Program-made: the position numbers and the translations under genes
Notes under the pieces: model-generated
What the model was told of the DNA's origin: nothing
The model's database searches: none
What the model saw: the letters and a program-made list of their open reading frames with translations, nothing else
Part shown: positions 48,909-59,073 of the stretch, one piece after another
Layout of the letters: each line of letters starts with the position of its first letter
Position numbering within the stretch: position 1 is the first letter of the stretch
Source: an uncultured delta proteobacterium
Lineage (GTDB): Bacteria > Desulfobacterota > Binatia > UBA9968
Length of the DNA: 64,000 nucleotides
Direction: 5' to 3'
NCBI GenBank assembly: GCA_963745835.1
Contig: CAVUZH010000019.1
Location: 288,001-352,000, forward strand

Positions 48909-50351
48909 CTAAGAACCTTGCCCCTGCCGCTTGTCGACCCCGCGCATAGACGAAGCCACGATTGCAATCACCGTTAGCCCAGCAATAAGCAGCCAGGAAT
49001 TTTGAAATGCCCTGATAAAGACTGCCGGGTTTTCTCCCCATTGCGTGTAGGGCGGCACGCCCGACTGATCCAGCCCATAATGATTAAGCCAGCGCAAAAA
49101 CAACACGCTGCCAATCGCAACGCCCACGGCATTGGCGATGTTGGCACTAGTTAACGATATCCCGCTCACTGCTCCGACGTAACGAGGCTCCACCGCGCTA
49201 AAAATCGCGCTTAGGTTGGGCGCCTGAAAAATCGACCAGCCTACGCCCAGGATCATCAGGGGAATCATCACGGAAATGTAGTTCGAATCTGCTCCTAATC
49301 GGGAAAATCCAAGCATACTGATCAGACTCAAGGCGGATCCGGTCGTGCAGAGCAATCGCGAGCCTAGGCGGTCTCCCAACCAGCCGCCAAGCGGCGCGAG
49401 AAAGACGATCACCAGAGAAAAGAAAATAACCGTGAGGCCGACTTGGGTGGGAGAAAAGTGCAAAATTCCCTGCAGGTAAAATGGCAACAGGAAGAATGTC
49501 GAACTGTGGGAGATCACGACGAAGAGGTGGCTCAGAACCCCAGCGGTGAGCACTCGTATCCTGAAGAGCGACAGATCGAGCAAGGGGGCAGGACTTTTGC
49601 GTTCAAAGCGGACCAGCAATACGGCAGATATCGCGGCAACTGGAAAGATTACTAGCGAGACCCAGGTGACTCCGGACTTGGCAATCTGCTGCAAGCCCAA
49701 AATGAGCGTCACCGCCGTTGCGAACAATGTGAGCATACCGGGCAGATCTAGGGCATGGATTTGTCGTTGCAGCGGGGTTTCCGGCAGCACCTTCCAAGCC
49801 ATGTAAGCTGCCGCCAGAGCCACCGGTAGGTTCAGAAAAAAAATCCAACGCCAGCCCACCGTATCGATGAGAACTCCCGCAACTGAAGGGCCGCTGATGT
49901 AGCCCAAGTGAAAGGCCATCGAGGCGAACCCTAGGGCTCGGCCTCTCTCTTGTTGTGCATAGACAATCGATAGGATGGCCCTGCCATTGGCCAAGACCAT
50001 AGCCCCGCCAATCCCGGCCAACACCCTGAATGCGATTATCTGCCATAAGCCGGTGCTTAGACCCGAACACACAGATCCCAGCGCGAGTAGCAGAAATCCG
50101 GATCCATAGATTTTTTTGCGACCCCTTATGTCGCCCAGGCGAGCCAAGCTCAGCACAAAGCCAATGATAGTCAGCTGATAAGCCAGAGGGATCCACTGGA
50201 CCACCGCCATCGAGCTATCGAAATGAATCGAAATGGTCGGCAGCGCAACGATGATTGAACGCGAGTCGAGCGCGGTCATGAACTGCCCGAGACAAACATT
50301 GATCAGCGCGAGCCGCTGCAATCTGGCGGATAGATGTGTCGCCGACATCAA
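48909..50351 (-). CDS. MFS transporter (DHA2/EmrB-like, ~14 TM)
   Basis: LD..I.VALP, GDIRGRKK, WRWIFFLNLP, PLLDLSLF. Confidence 0.9.
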   Translation of the reverse strand: MMSATHLSARLQRLALINVCLGQFMTALDSRSIIVALPTISIHFDSSMAVVQWIPLAYQLTIIGFVLSLARLGDIRGRKKIYGSGFLLLALGSVCSGLSTGLWQIIAFRVLAGIGGAMVLANGRAILSIVYAQQERGRALGFASMAFHLGYISGPSVAGVLIDTVGWRWIFFLNLPVALAAAYMAWKVLPETPLQRQIHALDLPGMLTLFATAVTLILGLQQIAKSGVTWVSLVIFPVAAISAVLLVRFERKSPAPLLDLSLFRIRVLTAGVLSHLFVVISHSSTFFLLPFYLQGILHFSPTQVGLTVIFFSLVIVFLAPLGGWLGDRLGSRLLCTTGSALSLISMLGFSRLGADSNYISVMIPLMILGVGWSIFQAPNLSAIFSAVEPRYVGAVSGISLTSANIANAVGVAIGSVLFLRWLNHYGLDQSGVPPYTQWGENPAVFIRAFQNSWLLIAGLTVIAIVASSMRGVDKRQGQGS

Positions 50352-50796
50352 AGTATATGAATAGGAACCGATTAACTGGACATCTAGCCGGAATCGCGCG
50401 CTGACTCTCTGAGGGAGAAGGATTGAGGGGCACGACCGTTATTGCAGATATCGAAGGAAATCAGCGAACCAGATCTCCTGTTGAGTGTTTATTTAAACTT
50501 AAACTAAGAATTTACGCGGCTTGGTTAGATATGGCAACGCAACGCTCCTGCCTGGCCTGGTCGATTTTTTTGGACGTCCTTCACGGCAGGAATCGAGCTG
50601 ACCTGCCATGCGGCAATCGAATTAGGTCCCGATGATTGATGCTCATGAAACCGATGAACATCCCATGCTGGCGACGTGTTACGCGTCACTCAATGAAAGT
50701 TTGGCGTTAGACCCTTGCCAATCGGAATTTGCGGATTATATTTACGTCGTCCCGGCTCAGCGACAACAAAAACACGCGTTTTTTCAGAGGTGAAAC

Positions 50797-52068
50797 ATGG
50801 CATTAGTGAAACATGAGAAGACGCTCGCCCCAGTTTATCCTCCATCAGGCAGACCTCTTCGTATCGCGCAGATAGCACCCCTATATGAGAGCGTGCCGCC
50901 CAAACTTTATGGCGGTACGGAACGCATTGTCGCCTATCTGGTTGAAGAGCTTGCGCGCCGGGGACATCAAGTTACCCTTTTTGCCGCCGGCGATTCGACC
51001 GTCAATGTGCCTCTATGGGCCGGAGTTCCAAAATCGCTCAGACTTAGCGGACTCGATGATCTCGGCGCGATGTTCCATTTACCGATGCTCAGCGATGTGT
51101 ACGACCAGGCCGCTCGTTTCGACATAATTCATTCGCATGTCGACTGCCTCAGTTTTCCTTTGGCACAATTTGCCCAGGTACCGACCGTGTCAACCATGCA
51201 TGGCCGACTGGACCTCAAGGAGTTTTTGCCGATCTACCGTCATTATAAAGATCAGCCGGTTATCTCGATCAGCCACGATCAGCGCCGGCCGCTCCCTGAG
51301 ATGAACTGGGTCGGCACTGTCTATCATGGCCTGCCACGCAATCTGCTAAAGTTTCGGTCCGAACCAGGCAAGTATCTGGCCTTCCTGGGGAGGCTTTCTC
51401 CGGAGAAGCGGCCGGACCTGGCCATCGAGATTGCCCGTCGCTCAGGAATACCACTTAAGATCGCAGCGAAGATCGATCGGGCTGATCGCGAATATTTCGA
51501 TACTGTTATAAGGCCGTTGCTGTCCACCTCCGGGGTAGAGTTCATCGGTGAAATAAATGAGGCACAGAAGCAGGAATTCCTGGGCGGAGCGCTCGCTTTG
51601 CTGTTCCCCGTTGATTGGCCCGAACCTTTTGGGCTGGTGATGATCGAGGCACTTGCTTGTGGCACTCCCGTCATTGCCAGGCCATGTGGGTCTGTGCCTG
51701 AGGTTCTCCGTCACGGGATCAGCGGGTTTATCGAATCCTCTATCGACGATCTGGTTGAGGCAGTACAAAAGGTCCGTGATATCCCGCGCCGGACATGCCG
51801 CGACGAATTTGAAAGACGCTTTACCGCCGAAGTGATGGCGGACAACTACGAACAGGTTTACTACCAGCTGGCCGACGTGAGCGGGAAGGCGCAAGAGACA
51901 ACCGTGCGACGGACGATCCGCGATGTGACGCTCGCCCGACAAGCCGCCCGGCAGTGGCACCGAAGGCCGGAAGGTGACGGTGTGAACACACGCCCGAAAA
52001 GCGATGCGCCGGTTCTGAAGCTATTTTCAGGTCGTGATGGGAGGGATCCGACAAATCTCGATAGTTAA
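50797..52068 (+). CDS. Glycosyltransferase family 4
   Basis: VPPKLYGGTER, GRLSPEK, EPFGLVMIEALACGTPV. Confidence 0.92.
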   Translation: MALVKHEKTLAPVYPPSGRPLRIAQIAPLYESVPPKLYGGTERIVAYLVEELARRGHQVTLFAAGDSTVNVPLWAGVPKSLRLSGLDDLGAMFHLPMLSDVYDQAARFDIIHSHVDCLSFPLAQFAQVPTVSTMHGRLDLKEFLPIYRHYKDQPVISISHDQRRPLPEMNWVGTVYHGLPRNLLKFRSEPGKYLAFLGRLSPEKRPDLAIEIARRSGIPLKIAAKIDRADREYFDTVIRPLLSTSGVEFIGEINEAQKQEFLGGALALLFPVDWPEPFGLVMIEALACGTPVIARPCGSVPEVLRHGISGFIESSIDDLVEAVQKVRDIPRRTCRDEFERRFTAEVMADNYEQVYYQLADVSGKAQETTVRRTIRDVTLARQAARQWHRRPEGDGVNTRPKSDAPVLKLFSGRDGRDPTNLDS

Positions 52069-52095
52069 GTCGCTGGCAACCCGAAGGTTGGAGGG

Positions 52096-52392
52096 ATGAA
52101 CATGTCGAATTCAGAAGTGGCCCCTAAAGCAACCGAGCTGCTCGATTCGTTGCCCGATGGATTAAATACTTGGTATTTGAGTAACCAGGCTAGCTCATCT
52201 AATCCTTGGGAATTCAGTGTGGGTGAACTCTACGGGTGCGTCTGTCACCGAGCTCTCGATGAGCTTGCACGATCGCCGATCAAGTCGAATCCTATAACTG
52301 GCCTGCAGCTCCCCGAGCAAGCGCTGAAGAAAGCAGGCTGGGATCAGCGGTCAGCGTCCGAGGCAGCATCGGCTGCCGTCACTCACATCTAA
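52096..52392 (+). CDS. Hypothetical protein
   Basis: GGAGG RBS; fills the gap between GT4 and the convergent esterase; no recognisable motif. Confidence 0.4.
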   Translation: MNMSNSEVAPKATELLDSLPDGLNTWYLSNQASSSNPWEFSVGELYGCVCHRALDELARSPIKSNPITGLQLPEQALKKAGWDQRSASEAASAAVTHI

Positions 52393-52413
52393 GGCCCTGC
52401 CGATCGATCGCAG

Positions 52414-53052
52414 TTATAAACGGCCTCTTAAACGGTCAGCTTCAATCAACAGCGGTTTGATCTTTTCGGCGATACGCTCGGCGATTAGACGATAACCGGC
52501 GCTGTTAGGGTGAATCTGATCACTTCTGAGTTTCGTGTCATTGAAAATTCCTTTCATCACCTGTGGAATATAGATTGCGCCGAACTCCGCCGCGGTTTCC
52601 TCAAAGATCGGACCGTATTCATCAGTAAAGAAACCGAACTTAATGCCAGCGATTGCCACCATCGCGCCATGACCCTGTATTCGCCGGACGATTTCCTTTA
52701 GATTCTCTCGAGTCTCGCGCGCGGGTACCTGACGTAAAAAATCATTTCCACCCAACAGCAAAATCACCAGCCGCGGATTCTTGTCCACAACCGAAGTACG
52801 GACTCGTTGTAGCGCTCGCGCAGTCGTATCGCCACGATGGCCGGCGTTCAGCACCCGCATTCCCAACAGCCGCGACAATATAGTCGGATACTCCTCCCCT
52901 GGTTCGGCGCCGACCCCTTCCGTGAGACTGTCACCGAAACAGATGATTGTCTCCCCTGCCGACCCGACGTTGCGGATCGTATCAAATCGCTCGCCGCGGC
53001 ACGCGCATAAAATCAGGAGTAGAGCAAGCGGGATTCCGAGAGTAGGATTCAT
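52414..53052 (-). CDS. SGNH/GDSL arylesterase (lipoprotein)
   Basis: FGDSLT, GGND, DQIHPN; lipobox LCAC. Confidence 0.9.
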   Translation of the reverse strand: MNPTLGIPLALLLILCACRGERFDTIRNVGSAGETIICFGDSLTEGVGAEPGEEYPTILSRLLGMRVLNAGHRGDTTARALQRVRTSVVDKNPRLVILLLGGNDFLRQVPARETRENLKEIVRRIQGHGAMVAIAGIKFGFFTDEYGPIFEETAAEFGAIYIPQVMKGIFNDTKLRSDQIHPNSAGYRLIAERIAEKIKPLLIEADRLRGRL

Positions 53053-53075
53053 CTCCCGTTGAAATCGAGTTCAGC

Positions 53076-53315
53076 TTAGAGAATGGACGGCCGCGGTCGA
53101 GCAGTTTGCCTCCGGTTTGGCGGCGGCTGATCCTTCGTCTTAGTGATTCTTTTTGCGGTTTCTATCTTCACTGCTGGAAGTCCCAACCTTTTGGCTAGCC
53201 GCGCGCATGAAGAGCACACAACCATATTGAGCAGAACAACGCCCGCCTCTTCCGTGATTACGCGATAGAGTTTTTGCTTTGTAATGTGATTGCAGCGACG
53301 GCAAGTAAACTCCAT
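53076..53315 (-). CDS. Small basic Zn-ribbon-like protein (CxxC...CxxC)
   Basis: CRRC and CSSC pairs; AAGGAG RBS; sigma-70-like promoter upstream. Confidence 0.65.
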   Translation of the reverse strand: MEFTCRRCNHITKQKLYRVITEEAGVVLLNMVVCSSCARLAKRLGLPAVKIETAKRITKTKDQPPPNRRQTARPRPSIL

Positions 53316-53394
53316 TAATTATCTCCTTGCAATGCGCGGTAAACGCGCTTGATGATAGTTGATTAAATTCTCAGTGTGTGAAGAGTAAAAACGA

Positions 53395-53423
53395 AGGTTA
53401 CAGAGCAATACCAGAACGGGCAA
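53395..53423 (-). promoter_or_regulatory. Sigma-70-like promoter for the Zn-ribbon gene
   Basis: Minus strand TTGCCC-N17-TAACCT. Confidence 0.45.
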
Positions 53424-53458
53424 GAAAAAAATCGCCGCGATAGTTTATAAATCCTGGC

Positions 53459-53493
53459 TTATCCACAAGGCCATGTGAATAAGTTGTTCATAA
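53459..53493. promoter_or_regulatory. Cluster of three DnaA boxes
   Basis: TTATCCACA (+, 53459-67), TTATTCACA (-, 53474-82), TTATGAACA (-, 53485-93). Confidence 0.7.
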
Positions 53494-53757
53494 CACCTGT
53501 TTGCTCTGGCTAGACAGTAGCTGCATCGAATTGCCTAAACCATGAGCTAACACAAAGAAATTTTGTTGAAGGATTTTAGCCGGTACGATCACCGTAATCT
53601 CTTGCGAGCCGTCACAGGTTACGGTTTTTCACGATATCGGGGATCATCGACAAATTAGACATCGAATCTTACACGCTCGGCAAAGCGCTATAATGGCGCG
53701 CGTCAGCGGAAGTTTTTTTGGGTACTTATGGACCGTACGCTTCGGCACGTGAGCGCT

Positions 53758-54003
53758 TTAGTATTCTGCCGGCGCGGTTGATGGCTTCACGACCTTCTTG
53801 ACGCCATCGCCAACTGTATTCGCCGCATCGCGTGTTCCGTGCCCGATTTCTTTGGCAACGTCACGAGTGCCGTGACCAATCTCTCGAGTGACATCCCGAG
53901 TTGTGTGACCGATCGTTCGCCCCGCTTCTTTAATGTGAGCACAACCTAATACAAAGCCAGCTACAACAAGTAGCAAAAGAGTTTTCAGGAGATATTCAAC
54001 CAT
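53758..54003 (-). CDS. Small lipoprotein with 11-aa repeats
   Basis: Lipobox VLGC; IGHTTRDVTRE/IGHGTRDVAKE/IGHGTRDAANT; GGAGG RBS. Confidence 0.75.
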   Translation of the reverse strand: MVEYLLKTLLLLVVAGFVLGCAHIKEAGRTIGHTTRDVTREIGHGTRDVAKEIGHGTRDAANTVGDGVKKVVKPSTAPAEY

Positions 54004-54215
54004 TGTCCCTCCAAACTCGCCGCAGCGATTTTAGAGGAGCATGATATCACACCTAAAAAATCATTGACGATAAGAGAATCCAGCCGGATCTTATGCCGCC
54101 GCTTGCCACAATCGACAACAACATGACAGAAGTAGGTTGGATTCTACCTTAGCGGATATGCACCGAATTCCGATCAACTACCCAAGCGCCGTGCTAGATT
54201 GGGGTTATCACGGCG

Positions 54216-55325
54216 TCAGTCCAACCAATCGTTCTCCTTGAGCTTTCTCGGCAGATAGGTTTTGGTCAGATACTGAAAATCTTTATTGGCGAGGGCATCG
54301 AGCTCGTACTTAAGGCCAATAGAGAGCATTCCCTTTATTTCGTTCTGCCATTCTTTTTTCTGAAACCACTTGTACTTCAGCAGCTCGCGCGCACGGTTGA
54401 TATCTTTGTCGTTGAGTTTGATCCCAACATTGCGCGGCAGGCCATAGCGGTCGGGGTCGCTGCTCGAGAAACCGATGAACTTCGCCTTCGGGATGGCCAT
54501 TCTCTCGCTTTCGAAAGCTAGATTGATCGAGCCCTGCTTGATGACCGAGTAGATGTAATACCCCCATGGGTCGTTGTCTACGAGAACGTAAACCGGAAGT
54601 TTGTATTCTTGATGGAGCCGCCGCGCCAAGCGGCGCACGCCGCGCGGTGGTTGGCCGTTTCCGGTCAGCAGGATGCAATTGTACCTGCGCCAGAACTTGT
54701 CTTCGGAAAGCCGGTTCCACTGAGTGCCTTTCTCGACAAGCAGGACAAAATCAGCGGTGCATTTGCTGATCTGAATGTATTCCGGCTCGACGATCGAAGG
54801 AACCGAATAACCGCCCTTGCCAAGCCTGGTGCAGTCGACGCGATCGCCGTCATCGACCAGCACTAGCGGTCCCACAACGGTCCCCGAGTTTTCGGCCCGT
54901 ACATGGAGCTCCTCACGGAGCGCTTCCAGAGTGACTTCAAGATCCTCGATCAACGGGTCGGATTCGTTCTGCCCATCGAATGTATTTTCGTGAGAGTTCT
55001 TAATCGTATGCTTCGTGCGGTAATAGATTTCCCGAAGCGAGGTGGTCAGGTTGGCTCGCTGCAGCTCAGCCAAGGCATCGGCAACGAGCACTGTCTGCAT
55101 GAATTTCTTCGCCATGCCGACATTGAAGAACGAGCGCGCCTGCTTGCGCCGGCCCATCTCGATGATGCCGCGTTTCTCGTTAAAATTGACGTTGGCGAGG
55201 CTGCGCACGGGTATTGAAAGGGTCGGATCTTGACTGCGTTGCGCCGCCGTAATCACCGAGTCGGCCACTCCGACGAGCTTCTTCTCCACAACATCGCTAT
55301 GACTTTTTATGCTTTTACGAGCCAT
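54216..55325 (-). CDS. top6A: DNA topoisomerase VI subunit A
   Basis: SLREIYY (catalytic Tyr), Toprim LLVEK and DNDPWG, TGNGQP, KYELDAL. Confidence 0.92.
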   Translation of the reverse strand: MARKSIKSHSDVVEKKLVGVADSVITAAQRSQDPTLSIPVRSLANVNFNEKRGIIEMGRRKQARSFFNVGMAKKFMQTVLVADALAELQRANLTTSLREIYYRTKHTIKNSHENTFDGQNESDPLIEDLEVTLEALREELHVRAENSGTVVGPLVLVDDGDRVDCTRLGKGGYSVPSIVEPEYIQISKCTADFVLLVEKGTQWNRLSEDKFWRRYNCILLTGNGQPPRGVRRLARRLHQEYKLPVYVLVDNDPWGYYIYSVIKQGSINLAFESERMAIPKAKFIGFSSSDPDRYGLPRNVGIKLNDKDINRARELLKYKWFQKKEWQNEIKGMLSIGLKYELDALANKDFQYLTKTYLPRKLKENDWLD

Positions 55326-55333
55326 GTTTTTTC

Positions 55334-57356
55334 CTATCTCTTGCTGCGCTTCGAGCCCGCCGCCGGTTTTTTTGAGGCCGTCCTGGGTTTTCTACGGCTT
55401 TTATTTTTGGAGCCGCTGTGCTGTTTCGGTTTTGCCGGCTTCTTCCTCAGATTTGCCAGAGACTCAGCGCTATCAATCGATTCGACTGCTCCCGCCAACG
55501 GTTCGTCTTCGCGCGCTTCTTCCGGCGGTGCGAGTTCGCTCCTCTCGTCGCCGGCAATCACCGGCGCATCTCCTTCTGTGCCTTCCGGAGTGACAATAAT
55601 GGAAAAAGGAAGACCTTCGGGGCCGACGTTGCGGCCCAGGGCTTCGTCTGTTTTTTGGCCACCAGTGCGTTTGGCGGCAATTTTTTGCAATTGCTCTTTG
55701 AGTTTTTCTTTGGGCAGCTTTCCGCCCTTGAGACGATTACATGCTTCGACAACTTCTTCGATATAAAGCTCGAATATATTGCGTCGGCGGAACTCACTCT
55801 TGGCGTGCTCGCGTCGTCTAAGAAATACTCCGAGCCGCCGACCGCACTCTTGCAGAGCCAGTTTGATTTCCTTTCGGATCTCGTCGTAATCGGCGATAGC
55901 TTCCTTCGATTCGCTGGTGAAAGGGACCCAAACTGACGCCATATGAATGAAGATCACCATCGGACCGGCGGGCAGCGCGCCTCGAGATTGAGGAACGCCG
56001 TAGTTACGCCACGTGGTATCGAGCACGGCCTTGAAGGTCGAGCAGGCGGACTGCTGATACAAGAGCGGCACCCGGTTGGCGTAACGGATCACACGCGCCA
56101 GCTCATTATCGTTGTCTTGCTGCTCCCCTTCAGCGAGTGCAACCCTAGGCTGTTCGGGTTTCTCGGGCGCCTGTTCGGGCGCCTTGCCATAGGCCAGGCC
56201 GGCCTCGATCAAGAAAGGGTTGCCCCGATAAACAGCAGGGGGCCGAGTGACGGCCGTGTAGAATTCTCCTTTGATTTGCTTATAGAGACCATGGAGGATC
56301 GCCCTTTCACCGATCGGCGAGATGCAGTTGCTGGGCGGCGCCATAATCTTGGTCGATTGAATCGCTCTATAAAGAGCCTCGGCGGCGGATCCATGAACAT
56401 TTCGCGGACGAATGCCCGACGACAGCTTTGCTGTCTTGCAGATCTCCTGAGCGAGATTACTCGATACCCGGCTGAAATCGCTGCTCAAAAATCCCGCGAG
56501 CGACTGGCTTTTACTGTCGTGCAGCATCCTCAGTAAAATTCCGAACTCGATGCCGTAGGGGTGCGGCTTGATTTCACGCGGTTGTGGCGGCAGCTCCTGA
56601 ATTGTTCGCGGATACTCTTTAGTTTCGCCCTCCGGAGTCTGATAAACGAGCTTCGACGTGCGGGTTGGCAATCGCGGTCTGCTCTAGATATTCATCCACC
56701 GAAGCCCGTCCTTTTTGATAGCGGCCTTCTATTTCGAGCGTCACCTGAGTGCCGCGATGGTTCTCCCAAGCGATCTTCTTGTTCTCAAAAATCCGGGGCT
56801 CGTTCTTCTTGGTATCGATCTGAACCTCGAAATAATGAGCCGGGGACTTGGCGCTGATGCGGGACGTGATCTGCACCGGTTTGCCGGTGGTGAGTTGCGC
56901 ATACATGCCGGCAGCCGATATGCCGATCCCCTGCTGTCCACGGCTCATGCGCAATCGGTGAAATTTGGACCCGTAGAGAAGCTTGGCAAAAATTTTCGGA
57001 ACCTGCTGGCGGACAATACCCGGCCCGTAATCGATCACGGTGATGCGAAATCGATTGGCCTGGCTCGGTGGCGGCGCCGCATTGCCATTCGGAGCGACCT
57101 CCAGCCTGACAATTACTTCGGGTAAGATGCCGGCTTCCTCACAGGCGTCAAGCGCGTTGTCGACAGCTTCTTTGACGCAGGTGAGCAGAGCCTTTCTTGG
57201 ATTGTCGAAACCCAATAAGTGACGGTTTTTGGTAAAGAACTCGGAAACTGAGATTTCTCTCTGACGTGCGCCCATTTCTACCGCCGATAGCGAGATCTTT
57301 GGCGGACCAGGTGGAACTTCGACTAAGTCAGTGGACTTTACTTGAGCCTTGGACAT
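55334..57356 (-). CDS. top6B: DNA topoisomerase VI subunit B, split by a one-base insertion near 56655
   Basis: SVSEFFTKNRHLLGF, KEAVDNALDA, DYGPG, GSKF..SRGQQGIG GHKL motifs; ANPH then KPHPYG, YRGNPF, RYANRVPL, VPFTSESKEA in the next frame; span 2023 nt = 3n+1. Confidence 0.9.
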
Positions 57357-57734
57357 TTTGATTATTTGCTCCGTGAATCAGAATCGTAGTAGCTGGTTGC
57401 GTTTGAGAGTTGACTACGTTGAAAGCACTCGCGCATCGAACGTAGCGTTACGAATTTATGGATACGGCAAAATTTGGTCAGTAGTGATTGACGCTTGCTA
57501 GTATACCAGACGCGAGACTTTTTTGTACTAGCGGGAATGGAAACAGCGACTTTGATGAGCTTGTTTTAGTTCAGAGATCGAAGGCAAGCCGATGAAAAGA
57601 AAGTTTTATGCGGAAAGAGTAAATTGGGAGATAAAGCTCGCCGGGGCGTAACTTTGCTGGCGCTATCATTTAGCTAGGCACAAGAACTTAGCTAAGCACA
57701 AGATCGGCACAAGAATAGATCGGTGTCCGCCTCT

Positions 57735-58739
57735 TTATTGCCAGCCGTAAAAACGTTTTGCGTTTTCCCCCAAAATTCTATTCTTGGCCTGCTCCGAGAT
57801 GTCCTTCCTGCCGCGAATCGTTGATACGACATACGGAAAGATACCGTCCCAGTGCGGATAATCGGAAGCAAAAAGGACCTTATCATCGCCGATTCGTTCG
57901 AGCACATAGGGAAGGGTCTCTTCTTCGGGCTCGGTGGCGAAAAACAGATTGCCATGCTTTACGTACTCGCTAGGTTTTTGCTTGCATGCGGGCGTTTCCA
58001 CTTTGCCGCGCTTCTCCCATTCCTCATCCATTCGTTCCATCCAATAAGGAATCCAGCCTACGCCGCATTCAAGAAAAGCGATCCGCAGCTTTGAGAAACG
58101 TTCCGGAATGCCACCGTAGATTAGGCCGACAAACTGAATCACCGTCTCCACCGGCCGGCCGATGGTATGCATGAACATGAAGCTGTCGAAGCGGATTTCT
58201 CCGGCCGGGCCGGCGCGCCGGTTATGCACACAGAGCGGAACATTGAGCCGCTGAAGCTCGTCATAAATCGGCCAGAAAATTTGCGAGCCGAGGTGTTCCT
58301 TCATTCCCTGAGTCGCTACCGCGATGGCGGATAGCCCGAGCTTAGTGATCGCCCGGTTTGCCTCTTCGACAGCCGCTGCGGGATCCTGAAACGGCAGCAA
58401 AGCGACGCCTTTTAAGCGCGGCGATTGTCGGCACACTCCGGCGATAAAGTCATTGTACGCGCGCGCATAAGCAACGGCATAATTGCGCTCGATCAACCCG
58501 TTGACAGCAAAGCTGCTCGTGGGAAACAAAACTGAACTATCGATGCCTTCCTTGTCCATGTCTTTGAGTCGGGTGGGCACATCGCAGTCCTCCAACCCGC
58601 CGACCAGGCCGCCCATGCCGGTATCCATGCCGTCGGACGGGAGCAGAGGACGGCCGCGCTTGCTATGCGGCTCGGCTAAATGTTCTCGGACATCGGCGTC
58701 CTTTTCAACGATGTGGCCGTCTGCATCAATGGTATTCAC
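57735..58739 (-). CDS. Amidohydrolase family protein (Amidohydro_2)
   Basis: IDADGH, FLECGVGWIPYW, ASDYPHWD; GTG start with GGAGG RBS. Confidence 0.88.
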   Translation of the reverse strand: MNTIDADGHIVEKDADVREHLAEPHSKRGRPLLPSDGMDTGMGGLVGGLEDCDVPTRLKDMDKEGIDSSVLFPTSSFAVNGLIERNYAVAYARAYNDFIAGVCRQSPRLKGVALLPFQDPAAAVEEANRAITKLGLSAIAVATQGMKEHLGSQIFWPIYDELQRLNVPLCVHNRRAGPAGEIRFDSFMFMHTIGRPVETVIQFVGLIYGGIPERFSKLRIAFLECGVGWIPYWMERMDEEWEKRGKVETPACKQKPSEYVKHGNLFFATEPEEETLPYVLERIGDDKVLFASDYPHWDGIFPYVVSTIRGRKDISEQAKNRILGENAKRFYGWQ

Positions 58740-58774
58740 GTGACCTCCTGTTCAAATCGAATCAATCCTGGCAA

Positions 58775-59065
58775 TTAGTTTTTGTCTTCGACCCGAAGAG
58801 AACTCAACCATTCTTCATGCACATCAACCCAGATAGAATCTTGATCGCGGCACAAAGAGAGTGCGCTCAAATCGAACCTGACGGTGTAAAGCGGATCGTA
58901 CAGGCCGCGATGATCTTTGGGATTTTCTAAAACACCGTGAACCAAACCAATCACGCCGCGTTTGCCGCGGATATATTCGGGCGTCCGTGGATTGTTCCGA
59001 TGGGCCATTTCCGTAGCGACGACAACCGCGTCGCCAATTTTAAATTTACAATCGCTTGCGCTCAT
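58775..59065 (-). CDS. Nitrile hydratase beta C-terminal / thiocyanate hydrolase ScnA-like SH3 subunit
   Basis: FKIGDAV, RTPEYIRGKRGVI, PLYTVRF, VDVHEEWL. Confidence 0.85.
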   Translation of the reverse strand: MSASDCKFKIGDAVVVATEMAHRNNPRTPEYIRGKRGVIGLVHGVLENPKDHRGLYDPLYTVRFDLSALSLCRDQDSIWVDVHEEWLSSLRVEDKN

Positions 59066-59073
59066 AGGTCTCG

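Noticed and set aside
53316-53757. oriC
   Set aside because: Only three DnaA boxes, no clear DUE or DnaA-trio, and no dnaA/dnaN/gidA; kept only as a regulatory finding
54216-55325. Wadjet JetD or Spo11-like defence nuclease
   Set aside because: Paired with a full top6B and no SMC/jetABC genes
56619-56671. Programmed ribosomal frameshift in top6B
   Set aside because: No slippery sequence or stimulatory hairpin visible at the junction
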